Shown: positions 12,969 to 26,653 of the stretch, piece after piece | How the letters are laid out: the number at the start of each line of letters is the position of its first letter | Numbering within the stretch: position 1 is the stretch's first letter | Assembly: GCA_951406725.2 (NCBI GenBank) | Contig: OX597837.1 | Location: forward strand, 10,292,001-10,356,000 | Length of the DNA stretch: 64,000 nucleotides | DNA from: Octopus vulgaris | Lineage: Eukaryota | Direction of reading: 5' to 3' | Made by a program: the position numbers and the translations under genes | Notes under the pieces: model-generated | What the model saw: the letters and a program-made list of their open reading frames with translations, nothing else | Told to the model about the DNA's origin: nothing | Databases searched by the model: none

Positions 12969-14502
12969 CGTCCCCTACCGCCACTTTACAACCGGCGTAT
13001 GCGTTGTCCCAACCACTGCCTGACTTACGTTGGTTTGGTTACGTCTGTAACTTAGCGCTTCATCTAAAGTAGCCGATAAAAATAAGTAACAAGCTTCTAA
13101 CAGAATAAGCCCCGAGTTCGATTTGTTCGACTGAACCGTTTAAGGTGGTGCCGAAGCCTGAAATCGATTTTGCCGGCAATCGCCACTTGATTACATTAAA
13201 CAAATATTATACCAATACTTTCAGCTTGTCTGGGAACCAGCTAATGACCGTTTAATAGCATCACCCGTCTGCATAATAAAATGAATACCATATACATACA
13301 CATGCACTATATTATGAATACAACTTTTTTCGTTTCCTATTCAAAAAAGAGATGTACATCGCTTGTTACGAGGACGTCAACCTCCCGACTTGGCAAATGT
13401 ACAACTCTTTTTTTACATTATAGGGAGCTTGTGCGTGTGTGTGTGTTTTGTGATGGTCGAATGGCCAAGACGTTCCCAAGTTGAGTCAACAAGTGGGTCG
13501 GCCAAAATCTTTTGGAGCGAAACTAGGTACGAGGAAAACCTGCTGAAGAGAGACTAATGTGACCACAATATTAGGAAATGGACCAGCTTTATTTCTCATA
13601 CACTGAGTCACGTTGATTCTGATCGAGAAAAAAAAACGTCTACGAGATACTCAACCACTTACATACATTTTATACCTCAATGAACAGGTAATTCAATTGA
13701 ACGTGTAAGCAAAATACTAAACGTTGAAACCGACAGAGATCAGTCTATGCCTTCCGTTCACCTTTATCCCGGAAGAGGAAGCAACAGTGTTCATAGTATT
13801 GGAAAGTTATTTCCAGTTGATAAGACTAATGCGGCGAACGTTTGGTTTGAACATCTTTAAGGTTGAGCAATTGTTATTTATTATGGCCCAGGGCCGACCA
13901 AAACCTTATGAGTGGATAAATGTTCGCCATTTCTATAAACCTTCTCATATCTATTCAGGCACCAAATCCTCTCCCCACCGCGATCTCCAAGATTCTTTCT
14001 TTCTGTGTGAGTGTGTGTGTGTGTGTAGCGTTCAATTACTCATTGCCTGCAACCAAGCTTCTTCTATCCACTCACACTGCACTTCTTATGCTAACTCGCT
14101 TTGACTCCCTTCTTCACCCCCCCTCTCCCGTGTCCCTCTAAGGCACAACTAGAGATCGCAACCAACCAACCGACCCACCCAGCCACAATGATATCGGTTA
14201 AAAACAGAGATCATCCATATCGAGAGAGAGCGAAGTGGTAAAAGTGGGGTGGATGCAGGGAGAGAAATGTTAAAGAAAGACCGGAATAGAATATTTGGTA
14301 CCCCAACAAGACAAAATTTGTTGGTTGGGGGGATTGTTGTTATAACGAACAATGCTCGCTTGTGTGGCATTATCTGCATAGGGAGGTGGTTTGGTAGACG
14401 TAACAGCAATGTTGTGAAGCACGGGATGTGTGTGTGTGTGTGTTGTGTGTTTGTGTGTGTGAGACGTATGTGTAAGAGTAATTGTGTCCAGGAGCATGTA
14501 AG

Positions 14503-14533
<31 letters not shown>

Positions 14534-14556
14534 GAACACACACACAGGCATACAAA

Positions 14557-14780
14557 TACGAAGGGTTTCTCAAAAGAGCCTGGCTTTAAGGGTATCACGA
14601 AAGCCCTGGCTGGAGGTACAACCTTCCGAGTTCTTTTACAGGACTTAGGAAAACTGAAGGACCACCATAATAAGTGTGTGAATCTGGGGCAGGGCGAATA
14701 CCTTGAATAAATTCATAATTAAGTGACCCTCCCATATTTTCTTTCACCCAAGGCCAGGGACTTTTCAATACTACTCCGTA
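14557..14780 (+). mobile_element. mariner-derived MITE
   Basis: TA-bounded degenerate TIRs (TACGAAGGGTTTCTCAAAAG / CTTTTCAATACTACTCCGTA). The interior reads KLKDHHNKCVNLGQGEYLE*, like a mariner C-terminus. Second copy at 49243-49461. Confidence 0.75.
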
Positions 14781-14784
14781 TATG

Positions 14785-14816
<32 letters not shown>

Positions 14817-15020
14817 GAGGTACCATGGAATGATACTGAACCCAAACTTCTTAACGACAAGACCATGCCTGCACCATATCATTTTCTTTTGTTTCAATCA
14901 CTGGACTGCGACCATGCTGTGGCACCACTGCTATGTTATGTGGCCATAAACAAACCAACACTGGTTGCCAAGGTGGTGGAGATACAGACACACACATATA
15001 TATGAAAGAAACCCGTGATA

Positions 15021-15165
15021 TTCCGCCGAGGCCGACTTTGCCTTTCATCCTTTCCGGGTCGATAAATAAAGTACCAGTTACGCACTGGGGTCGATATAAT
15101 CAACTTAATCCGTGTCTGTCTTTGTTTGTCCCCTCTATGTTTAGCCCCTTGTGGGCAATAAAGAA
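15021..15165 (+). mobile_element. SINE family B (Meta/MESC-like core), 5'-truncated
   Basis: CCGCCGAGGCCGACTTTGCCTTTCATCCTTTCCGGGTCGATAAATAAAGTACCAG core plus the GCCCCTTGTGGGCAATAAAGAA tail. Confidence 0.85.
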
Positions 15166-15796
15166 TATATATATATATATATATGCCACGCAGTGGGACA
15201 AAACCTTGAGCCATGTGGTTGGGAAGCAAGCTTCTCACCACACACACACACGGACGTGCGCGCGACGGGCTTCCTTTGGTTTCCTTCTACCATATCTACT
15301 AATAGGTCGGCCCGGGGCTGTACCAGACACTCAAGGCGCATGCAGTAGGACTGAACCAGGAATCGTGTGGCAGGGAAGCAAGTACCTACCACATTCAAAA
15401 TACACCCCAAGTTCCAAACCATTCTAACAGCACTACTACTCCATTACAGACTTCTTGGAATAGGGCCAGACCCCACAGAAGCAAAATGCCAAGAAGGAAC
15501 TGGGACACGTTTTTGAAATTTGCCCAGCATCATGGGAAGGAAATACGAATTATATGGATGTAAACGCTCTTTTGTCTTCGTGTTAATAAAGAGGAGGGAA
15601 AGGGGTGGAAATTTTCAATTGTTTTCGTGAGCTGGGGGGAGGCGGGGGACATGGAATATTGCCATTTGTTCATTTGAGTACAGGTAAACGAGATTTATTA
15701 TCTCAGAGGGCAACGACCTTCATTCTTCACGGCCATGGTTGGAAATCAGTGACTGTAGCCAGTGAGAACCATATGAATAATTATTTCCCCGTGACA

Positions 15797-15798
<2 letters not shown>

Positions 15799-15849
<51 letters not shown>

Positions 15850-16251
15850 CATATATATATATATATATATACATATATATACATGCATATATATATACAT
15901 ATATACATGCATATATATAAACATACATATATATATATACATGCATATATATATACATGCATATATACATACATACATATATATATACATGCATATATAC
16001 ATACATACATATATACATGCATATATATATACATATATACATGCATATATATATATATACATACATGCATATATATATACATATATACATGCATATATAT
16101 ATATACATACATAAATACATGCATACACACACACACATATATATATATACATACACATATATATATTTGTACATACACACACACATATATGCATACACAC
16201 ACACACACAAACATACACATATAGACACACACACAACTATACAAAGACACA

Positions 16252-16299
<48 letters not shown>

Positions 16300-16400
16300 T
16301 GCATACAAACGCACATCCATATACAGAACCATGCACACATACATATCTAGTCAAATACATTTACACACACAAATCTACAGATTTGTGTGTGTATGCATTC
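15799..16400. repeat. (TA)/(CA)/(TACATGCA) compound microsatellite
   Basis: Alternating purine-pyrimidine tract seen directly. Confidence 0.95.
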
Positions 16401-16773
16401 ATACACAAACACAAAGAGAGAGACACAAGTCACATGGTTAAACGATAGTCGCCATTTCCATTCATTCCCCGATACTATAATAATTATAAATAGTATGGAC
16501 GGTGTATAAATAGAAGTGCGCACGCGCGCGGGTAGGTGCATGTGTGTGTGGGAGAGGGGAGGGGGAATATAAAATTAATATTATAAATCAGAATAATATT
16601 TCATTCATTTACTCCATGGCCACCACCCCTTTCCTTCGCCGCTCTTCCACATCCTCCTCCCCCCACCTTTTCGTTGTACTGCAATCTCCTCTCCCCACAA
16701 CCCAATACCTCCCTTTGCCTCCTTCTCTCTCTCTCCCTCTACCTTTCCTCTTCGTTCTTACATCACAAAGTGT

Positions 16774-16774
<1 letters not shown>

Positions 16775-16824
<50 letters not shown>

Positions 16825-17268
16825 CTGATGATGACAATATCAGCGATAATAATAATGCTTCCATTGCTGATGAGGATGGTGACTATGATGATGATGATGA
16901 TGATGATGATGAAGATAATGACTTCTTTTATTTTCCACCAGGGTGAAGAATGAGGGGGATAATGATGATGGTGATGACGATGGTGGTGGTGATGATAATG
17001 GTGAGGGTGTTGGTGATGATAATGATGGTGGTGATGATAATGATGGTGGTGATGATGATGATGATGATGACTATGATAATGATGGTGGTGATGATGACGA
17101 TGATGGTGGTGATGACGATGATGATGGTGAAGATGGTGGTGATGACGATGATGATGGTGGTGGTGAAGATGATGGTGGTGATGACGATGATGACGACGAT
17201 GATGATAATGATGGTGGTGATGACGATAATGATGGTGATGACGATGATGGTGGTGGTGGTGGTGGTGG
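16775..17268. repeat. (AAT)n and (GAT/GGT/GAC)n trinucleotide microsatellite
   Basis: In-phase trinucleotide array giving poly-D/G, poly-M/V and poly-H pseudo-ORFs. Confidence 0.93.
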
Positions 17269-17643
17269 CGAATCACAAACAAGGCACAACGGTATCTTTG
17301 CCAGTCGGCGGCGGATAGTTGTTCTTACACGCTTGGATGACCGGATGGAATGTACACACATTCGCAATCAAGTCTTGTGTTAATTGTTTGGTTAATTAGT
17401 TAGCGGCAGCTTTGCGCTGAAGGTGCCGGCGGAGACAGCGGTGGCGGCGCCTCTGCCGCAGCCGTGGGTGGCAATAAAAGATAGTTACGTTATTACAGAC
17501 ACACAATATACACACATTACACACACATGCACATATATAACATAACATATATACATACAATACATACAAGCATATACATACATGCGTACAGACACATACA
17601 TAAAACACTCACAGACATATACATACACACACATATATACATA

Positions 17644-18046
17644 CTCTTTACTGTTTTACTTGTTTCAGTCATTTGACTGCGGCTATGCTGGAGCACTGCC
17701 TTTACTCGAGGAAATCGACACCCAGGACTTATTCTTTGTAAGCCTAGTACTTATTCTATCGGTCTCTTTTGCCGAACCGCTAAGTTACGGGGACGTAAAC
17801 ACACCAGCATCGGTTGTCAAGCAATGCTAGGGGGACAAACACAGACACACAAACATACACGCACACACACACACATATATATACTATATACGACGGGCTT
17901 CTTTCAGTTTCCGTCTACCAAATCCACTCACAAGGCTTGGTCGGCCCGAGGCTATAGTAGAAGACACTTGCTCAAGGTGCCACGCAGTGGGGCTGAACCC
18001 GGAACCATGTGGTTGGTAAGCAAGCTACTTACCACACATCCACTCC
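17644..18046 (-). mobile_element. SINE family A, full length
   Basis: Colinear reverse match to the other family A copies. Confidence 0.92.
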
Positions 18047-18769
18047 ATATATACATACAAGCATATACATACACACACATACATATATACATACATGCAT
18101 CCATATACGTATATATGAGGATACACACATATATATACATGCATACACGCACACATGCATATGTATGTGTGCGTGCAGGCGGCCAGTCACGTGCTCTTGC
18201 TTGCTGCAATCATTGGACTGCGACCATGCTGCAGCACAGTATTGTAAGGTTTGCCGAACCGACCGCAGTCCTTAACGAAAGCCTGGTCCTCAGCAATTTT
18301 CTCCACCTTGCCGAACTGCTGGGTCATCAACAAACCCACACCAGTCCACTTGTTAAGCGACACGGCGAACACACACACACACACACACACATACCCATCG
18401 GAACACGTAGTTCCTAAACGTTTTAGGGCTGCCACCCACTTGGCACCCGGGTCACAATCCTATCCCACCCACACACCACCACCACAAACATAGACCACTT
18501 TTTGGTGCAAATTCCAAATAGCTGAGTTTCACAAATTAACCCTAACTTAATTCACTAATTACTGTTTTTACGTCCATCTTTTGGGCATCCCATTATTGCC
18601 CCCAATTTTCTCCAACACCCCCCACACCTCGACCCCAGAGGGTAGGCAGTACTGTCCACTTTAGGAATCGGTGTTCTACTAAGTATTGATCCCTATCTCA
18701 CTTTATTGGCCCCTCGCAGCGATTCGATGCTTTAAAAAAATCCTGTTATATTTTTATAATGAAATAGGT

Positions 18770-18903
18770 GCAGCGTGGCTGTGTGGTAAGAAGCGTACTT
18801 CCCAACCATATGGTTCCGGGTTCAGTCCCACTGCGTGGCACCTTGGGCCGGCCAAAGCCCTGTGAGTGGATTTGGTAGATGAAAACTAAAAGAAGCCCGT
18901 CGC

Positions 18904-18936
<33 letters not shown>

Positions 18937-19156
18937 CGTGTGCGTGTGTGTGTGTGTGTATTTGAGTATGTGTCTGTTTGTGCCCACAACACCGTCGCTT
19001 GACGGCCAATGTTGGTGTGTTTATGCCCCGTAACTTAGCAGCTCGGCAAAAGTACCGATAGAATAAGCACTAAGCTTACAAAGAAAACATCCTGAGCTCG
19101 ATTTGTTCGACTAAAGGCGGTGCTCCAGCATGACCACAGTCAAATGACTGAAACAA
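18770..19156 (+). mobile_element. SINE family A with small internal deletion
   Basis: Head, core and tail present; lacks the AAGTGTCTTCTACTATAG segment. Confidence 0.9.
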
Positions 19157-19688
19157 ATGTCCCTTGCCCTACACGACATCATAAAACCCACAAGGAAAAG
19201 CAACGTACTGCCTTAAATATATAAGCACAACTTCGCTTTTCCAGACACTAATGGAACAAAACCTCTTATAAAATCTACGCTAATTTAAAAACGGGAACTT
19301 CAAACTCGCACGACAATCAAACAAGTTTTACTTGTACCTGATACCATCTCTGGTTCGGAAAAATCAGAAATCCGGAAAACCTTTCCAACCAAACTTTCCG
19401 AAAAATCGATGTCATAAATATATATATATAAAATTGAGTCAACTGCGAAGACCTCTACAGGGCAGTTCAACTGCGAAGACCTCTACAGGCAGTTCAAAAC
19501 CAGTCAAATATCTTTCCTCATAATATGCTACTGTCTTATGTAAATATATTTGGAAGCATATGCCAGTGACGGAGACTTCTATATGCTAGTTTTAGAACCA
19601 AGAAAAATAGCAGCCAAATCGGCCTCAAATGACACTTCGATCATATGCATCTATGAACCAATTACAAAGGCTTGTGCATAAGTAGATA

Positions 19689-20036
19689 TACAGTAATGCC
19701 TCGATATACGAGTTAGCAGAAACGTTAGCACGCCGGGCGAAACGCTTAGCAGTATTTCGTTTCTCATTACGTTCCGAGTTCAAATTCCGCTGAGGTCGAC
19801 TTTGCCTTTCATCCTTTGAGGGTCGATAAATTAAGTACCAATTGTGCACTGGGGTCGATTTAATCGGATGTCCCCCAACTCCCCAAAACTTTCAGGCCTT
19901 GTGCATAGAGCAGAAAAGGACATACGAGTTAAATCGTTCCAAGAGAACGCTCGTAAAGCGAAGAATCATAAACAGAAAATAAAACTCGTAAAAACTCGTA
20001 AAGCAGGGGTCTCGTAAAGTGAGGCATTACTCTGTA
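19689..20036. mobile_element. pogo/Tigger-like MITE interrupted by SINE B (19716-19921)
   Basis: TIRs TACAGTAATGCCTC / GAGGCATTACTCTGTA. The SINE is flanked by a 10-bp direct repeat ATACGAGTTA (19706-19715, 19922-19931). Confidence 0.75.
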
Positions 20037-20436
20037 TGTGTGTGTCACAGGTGATATAATTCTTTTTTTTTTTACCTTCTACATGTATCAGTCATTAGAC
20101 TGCGGCCATGCTGGAGCAAATCGTCGATTAATTTTTATTCGAACGAATCGACCCCAGTAGCTATTAATTTTCGCTGCGCCAGCAGAAATATTCCACGCAT
20201 TCCACACACACACACACACACGTAAATATATACACACACACATATATATGCATATGCTTGTATATATATATATATATGTGTGTGTGTATAATTGAGTATA
20301 TGCACGAACACACAGCGACGGAATATGCAATAAATGTATATATAATTATATAGAACACACAGACACAGATACACGCAAATATATGACACGCGGTGGTGGT
20401 GGTGGTCGTGGTTGGGGGGGAGGGTATCACCACATA

Positions 20437-20770
20437 CAATAGTGCAGTGTACATGCGCGCACGCGTGCCTTAGTGTGCGCGCGCACCCGCCTGTGCAGCG
20501 TTCCATGAATGCAATTTCGCCATCGATCCTTTTAAACCCCCCACTCACACCCCTCCTCCTCCTCTTCCTCCTCCTTTTATTCTTTGCCAGGCATCAGCTG
20601 ATTATTGCCGCACTATAAGCTCTCTGTCTGTATGGCTGGTTGCCTGCCGGGTGCATTCGAACCCCCTCTCCACCGCCGCCGCCACCGCCACCACAAGTAT
20701 TTCCACCCCTCAAACTTCCCCCCTCCTCGCCGTTTTGCGAGTTGCATGTCATGCTTCAGATGAATAATAT
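20437..20770 (+). repeat. left arm of long-range inverted repeat (pairs with 23153-23579)
   Basis: Blocks 20437-20456, 20476-20536, 20589-20657 and 20741-20770 are reverse complements of 23562-23579, 23448-23508, 23278-23349 and 23153-23182, in nested order. Confidence 0.9.
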
Positions 20771-20937
20771 ATACCACACCACACCCACCCCTACAAAATC
20801 AATACACACACATTCATATACGCATATATGCATATATATGCATACACATACGCACAAACATTTACGGGTATATATATGCACATCTATACACATACAGAAA
20901 TACGTGCATAGACACACACGTACTCACATATCCGTTC

Positions 20938-20974
<37 letters not shown>

Positions 20975-21068
20975 ATATACATATATACATAAACATACAC
21001 ACACATACATATATATACATACATACACACACACATATATATATACATACACACACACACATATATAT

Positions 21069-21101
<33 letters not shown>

Positions 21102-21744
21102 CATATATATATACACACACATACATATATATACACACATATATATATATACACACATATATATATATATATGCACACACATACATGTATATCTGCATAG
21201 ACGTACACACGAGATGGCGGTGGTGATAGTATTGGCGCAAACAAGCCGGGGTATTTCATCTTGCATTTTGGGTTTCTTGGTTCAAGTAGCGTTGAGGTCA
21301 AATCTCACTCTTCATTCCTCCAGGGTCGATAAACAGAAAGCACCCAGCAACAGCAGCTCAGAAAATTAGAAGAGGACAAACATGCTTTCGATGACTACTT
21401 TGTTCTGAGGCTTTTACCATCTTCTGAGTTCCCACCCTGAGGTAAATCAATCTGCCGGTGCGTTACGCATCGCAATAATGGTGGGAGAGAAAATAAAATA
21501 AAATTCTTCCAGCGAATGTTCACGCCGTAATGGCGTTCCAGATCTTCTGAAAAGTCGCCATTACAATGGCGACTGTTAGGAAGATATGACAGCGCCGGAA
21601 TGATCTCAGATACACATATATATACACACACACAGTCACACACACAAGACGGTATACCCGCATGTCCTATACTCATACACATTACCACAATAAAACACAC
21701 ATGCACATACACACACACGCACATATACATACATACATACATAC

Positions 21745-22000
21745 ACACACAAATATTTACACATACGTGTAATTATGTGCAACACACCAATACAAAGACA
21801 CAAATATATGACATATATATACATATATACACACACACAAATATTTACACATACGTGTATATATAATTATGTGCAACTCACCCATACAGAGACACAAATA
21901 TATGACATATATATATATATACATACACACGCAAATATTTACACATACGTGTATATATAACTGTGCAACACACCCATATAGAGACACAAATATATGACAT
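21745..22000. repeat. ~80-bp tandem repeat, 3 copies
   Basis: CAAATATTTACACATACGTGT...GTGCAAC...GACACAAATATATGACATA repeated three times. Confidence 0.85.
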
Positions 22001-22838
22001 ACAATTCTGAAACGAATTTTGGGGGATTTAATATTTTTTGAACATTTTTACATCTGTACTATCATTTTTATTCATTTATTTATTTCGTTTTCACTTCCTT
22101 CTTTCTAGTTTCTCCCCGCGAACCCATCACTCCACCCACACACCACCACCACCACCACCCCGGGTTTCCTTTCTTTCCGATGAAGGAATCACGTCCGATA
22201 CGTTAAAGACATTTTAATTCCTTTTCACCATAAACTGCATGGAACGACAACTTGTCTAACAACACATTCCTTGCCTATCTTTACATCAATTTCACACACA
22301 CACACACATATATACAAACACACACACACATGCCTCTATCTGTTTGTGAGCGGGTGTTTGGGTGTGTGGCTGGGTGGGTAGGGGCGGTTTATTGCACGAA
22401 TGGAAAAAGGCGATCTGACTTCGAATGCCTACAACGAAATTCTGCACTCAATAAACGCAGAGCCCTTTATTTTCTGAGGGATAGTAGTGCGAAGTGCCCC
22501 CTAATTACTTCAACACACACACGGTTACAGCCCTATGCACACAAAAGCACAAACACACACAAACGCACACTAGCATGCACATACACGCTTTTACACATAC
22601 ATACACACGTGTTTTTGTGTGTGTATGTGTATACATATATATATATGCATATATACACACACATATATACACATACATATATATATATATACATTTATAC
22701 ACACATATATACATATATATATACACACATATATACACATACATATACATATGTACATATAGATATATATACATATATATATATACACATATACATATAC
22801 ATATACACATACACATATACACACACACATATACACAA

Positions 22839-22873
<35 letters not shown>

Positions 22874-22924
22874 TATACACACATATATATATATATACAC
22901 ATATATACACACACATATTTATAT

Positions 22925-22956
<32 letters not shown>

Positions 22957-23036
22957 TTACACACACAAATACATACACGACAGTTATGCATGGAGCAATA
23001 TACATTTAAGTATATATTTGCTCATGTATGTACAAT

Positions 23037-23067
<31 letters not shown>

Positions 23068-23152
23068 ACACTTTCTCACTTAGAAGACACAGTCGACTTA
23101 ACATGCGAAGTGGCGATGGTCACGGCGATGACGGCGGCGGTGAAAATAGCAT

Positions 23153-23524
23153 ACATTATTCATCTCATGCATGACAGGCAGCTAGCTGAACAGTGAGGAG
23201 GGGGGAGAGGAGAGGAGTGGGAAGAAGTGAGAGGAGATTGGTGGATGGAGGAGGAGGAGGAGGGGGTACGGGCGGGCAATGCACCCGGCAGACAGTCAGC
23301 CGTACAGACAGAGCCACTGTGTTTGTATGGCAGGAATCAGCTGATGCCTTGATAAAGGATGGAAAATAAAAGGGGGGAGCAGGGTGGTAGGAGAGGGGAG
23401 AGGAGAGGAGTAGTGTGAGGAGGTGTGGAATGTTGTGTAGGATTTTTTTTTAAAGGATCGATGGCGGAATTGCATTCATGGAACGTTGCACAGGCGCGTG
23501 CGCGCGCAAGCATACCCTGGCCCT

Positions 23525-23560
<36 letters not shown>

Positions 23561-23579
23561 AGCATGTACTGCACTATTG
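23153..23579 (-). repeat. right arm of long-range inverted repeat (pairs with 20437-20770)
   Basis: Example: AAAGGATCGATGGCGGAATTGCATTCATGGAACGTTGCACAGGCG is complementary to CGCCTGTGCAGCGTTCCATGAATGCAATTTCGCCATCGATCCTTT. Confidence 0.9.
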
Positions 23580-23636
23580 GATGCAATGCACTCCCGTTTC
23601 ATGTGTGTATGTGTGTGAATATGTGTGTGTGTGTGA

Positions 23637-23679
<43 letters not shown>

Positions 23680-24058
23680 TATGTGTGTGTGTGTGTGCAT
23701 ATATGTGTGTCTGTGTGTCCAGATATCGGAAAGAGAGAAATAACTGGTAACGTCATTGACTCCCACGCATTTGGTGCAAAACCCCTCAAAATGCGTGTGT
23801 ATGTACACACACACACACATACACACACACACACACACACTCATATTTACACATGCATGTGCGTGTGATTTTGGTACCCACAAAATAGCCGACTTGCCGT
23901 TAGCAGGAAGCGTAGTGCAAACACACACACACACACACATATATATATACACACACACACACACACATATATATACACACACACACACATATATATACAC
24001 ACACACACATATATATACACACACACACATATATATATACACACACACATATATATAT

Positions 24059-24109
<51 letters not shown>

Positions 24110-24186
24110 CAATATCCCTCCCCCACCCCATTGTCGTTATCTGTCTTTTAATAGAAACTCGGTATATTGATTCTGCAATCTGCACC

Positions 24187-24224
<38 letters not shown>

Positions 24225-24686
24225 TCTCTTTTTCTCTCTCTGTTTAGCAAGCTATATACGGTATATATTATGAATTATACAGCCGATACATCACCACCAT
24301 GTCAATGTGCGCTCGATCGAGTCGCATCAGTGAAAAACCACACACACACATACACACACACACACTGTTATCCGAGCATATGAGACTGACGTGTCCAACA
24401 CCTACGAAACTCGAAGCAATGTGGAGCGGAGCCAAACCGTTATTAAATCTACACACACACACACACATATATATATATACACACACACACACACGTACAG
24501 GTCGCTTTACCAAAGTTGCTCCAATGGAAACGCGGCTCGAAACAATAAACGGCTCATAATATAAAGAACACATTGCAAGGGAAGGAAGCGGACCAAAGTT
24601 AACAACTGCAATCAATATATGCACATATATGTGTGTGTGTGTGTATAATATATATATATATATATATATATACATATTCATATACA

Positions 24687-24725
<39 letters not shown>

Positions 24726-25207
24726 CATACTTATATATATATATATATATATATACATATACATACTTATACATATATATATACATATATACACACACAC
24801 ACATATATACATATTTATATACATATATACATATATATATACACACACATATACATATATACATACATGCATGCTTACACACACATGTATATACATATAT
24901 AAATACCATATACACACATACATAAATATGCATACGCACTCACGTATATGCACATATATATCCATACAAGTATATACATACACACGTATACACATAGGCA
25001 CAGTACTTAAGGAAGATCTACTAACAGTTTCATGCCAAGGAAACACGACAACTCAGCATATTTATACAATGTGCTTCCTACTTCCAAAGAATTGGTCGAT
25101 TAATCCTATATGAAGACCAGTATTCTGGATTCCAAATGGGAATAACCACGTGCACTGAGCATGAAAAATTCTTTGGAGGCACATGGCACGTTATATATAT
25201 CTGCTGG

Positions 25208-25392
25208 GAGCTGGCAGAATCATTAGCACGCCGGACGAAATGCTTAGCAGTATTTCGTCTGTCGTTACTCATCCTTTCGGGGTCGATAAGTTAAGTACCA
25301 GTTACACACTGGGGTCGATGTAATCGACTTAATCCGTTTGTCTGTCCTTGTTTGTCCTCTCTGTGTTTAGCCCCTTGTGGGTAGTAAAGAAA
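25208..25392 (+). mobile_element. SINE family B with internal deletion
   Basis: GAGCTGGCAGAATCATTAGCACGCC head joined to the CATCCTTTCGGGGTCGAT core and tail. Confidence 0.85.
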
Positions 25393-25948
25393 TTACGTTC
25401 TCAGTTCAAGGGTTCTGGGGGTATTCTAGCAAAATGTCTTGCAAGGGAATTCCGGAGGCCAACAATGGTCGTGCGTGCGTATGTATGTGCACGCGTGCAT
25501 ATCCGTGCCTTTGTGCACAGGCGTGCTGTTGGACAATCCAGATCCCTCACCAACAGGTAGGCATTAAAACTGAATAAGGCTGAGACCACATTAGTCTCAC
25601 ACCACTGTCTACTGATCGAGAAGGGGAAACCGATTATACGAGCCCCCCACAACAAGAATGGTACATATTTTAACAAACCACCGAAAAGGCGAAAAAACAA
25701 ATTTGACCAGCGCGGAATTTGAACCCAGAACGGCAATATGGGCGAAATGTGGCTAAGCGTATTGTCCAGCATTCTGGTGGTTCCACCAGTTGCAGCTCTC
25801 TAAGAATGTAGAATGATGAAGACTAAATCTGAAAACAGTTGTGTAATTTATTGCAACGAGTAAAAAAAAAAAAAGAAAGACAAAACTGTACCTATCTATG
25901 TACACGTATTATATACACATACATATTCATACACACGTAGGCAGGGGG

Positions 25949-25980
<32 letters not shown>

Positions 25981-26037
25981 TGGAAAATGTTCTCAGTAGC
26001 TCGCAGCTTGAGGACAACCACCACCATTATCGTAATC

Positions 26038-26051
26038 GTTTCCATAGAAAC
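26038..26051. promoter_or_regulatory. RFX X-box-like motif
   Basis: GTTTCCATAGAAAC fits the GTHNYYATRRNAAC consensus and lies in unique sequence. Single motif only. Confidence 0.3.
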
Positions 26052-26099
26052 GGTGATATTTCTAATGGCAATTTACACAGGCTTAGCGTCTCTCCCCCT

Positions 26100-26182
<83 letters not shown>

Positions 26183-26381
26183 AATGGATAAAATTTACTC
26201 GGATGTTTCGGGCTTCGCTCACTCTTCAGACAAATAAGAGCGGCCAAGCCGAAACTTCGAACTTCTTGTTAATCTCTTCCAATGTAAACGTACTTATTGA
26301 CCTTTCAATCTTAAGCTGTCTCCAGGAACAAAAAAAATAAATAAAATGAAATAAAATAAAAGATAAGTTTTTAAGTTTTTT

Positions 26382-26630
26382 CTTTTAGTCATTTCAGTCA
26401 TTAGACTGCGGCCATGCTGGGGCACCGACTTGACTGAATCAAGGTTGAACGAACCAACCGCAACAATACATACACATCCTGTCACACAACGGGCTTCTTT
26501 CAGTTTCTGCCGACTAAATCCACTCACAAGGCTTTCGTTGGCACGAAGCATTGATGCCACGAGGAGGGATTGAACAAGCAACCATGTTGTCGAAAAAGAA
26601 ACTTCTTACTACGCAGCCACGGCTGCACCT
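26382..26630 (-). mobile_element. SINE family A, deleted/diverged
   Basis: Tail TTTCAGTCATTAGACTGCGGCCATGCTGG and ACGGGCTTCTTTCAGTTTC segments are present. Confidence 0.75.
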
Positions 26631-26653
26631 TTGCGCTTCAATAAATAATAATA

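Noticed and set aside
16758-17383. Asp/Gly-rich 146-aa ORF and His-rich antisense ORF resembling biomineral or His-rich beak proteins
   Set aside because: Pure GAT/GGT trinucleotide array open in most frames, with no signal peptide, ATG context or splice support.
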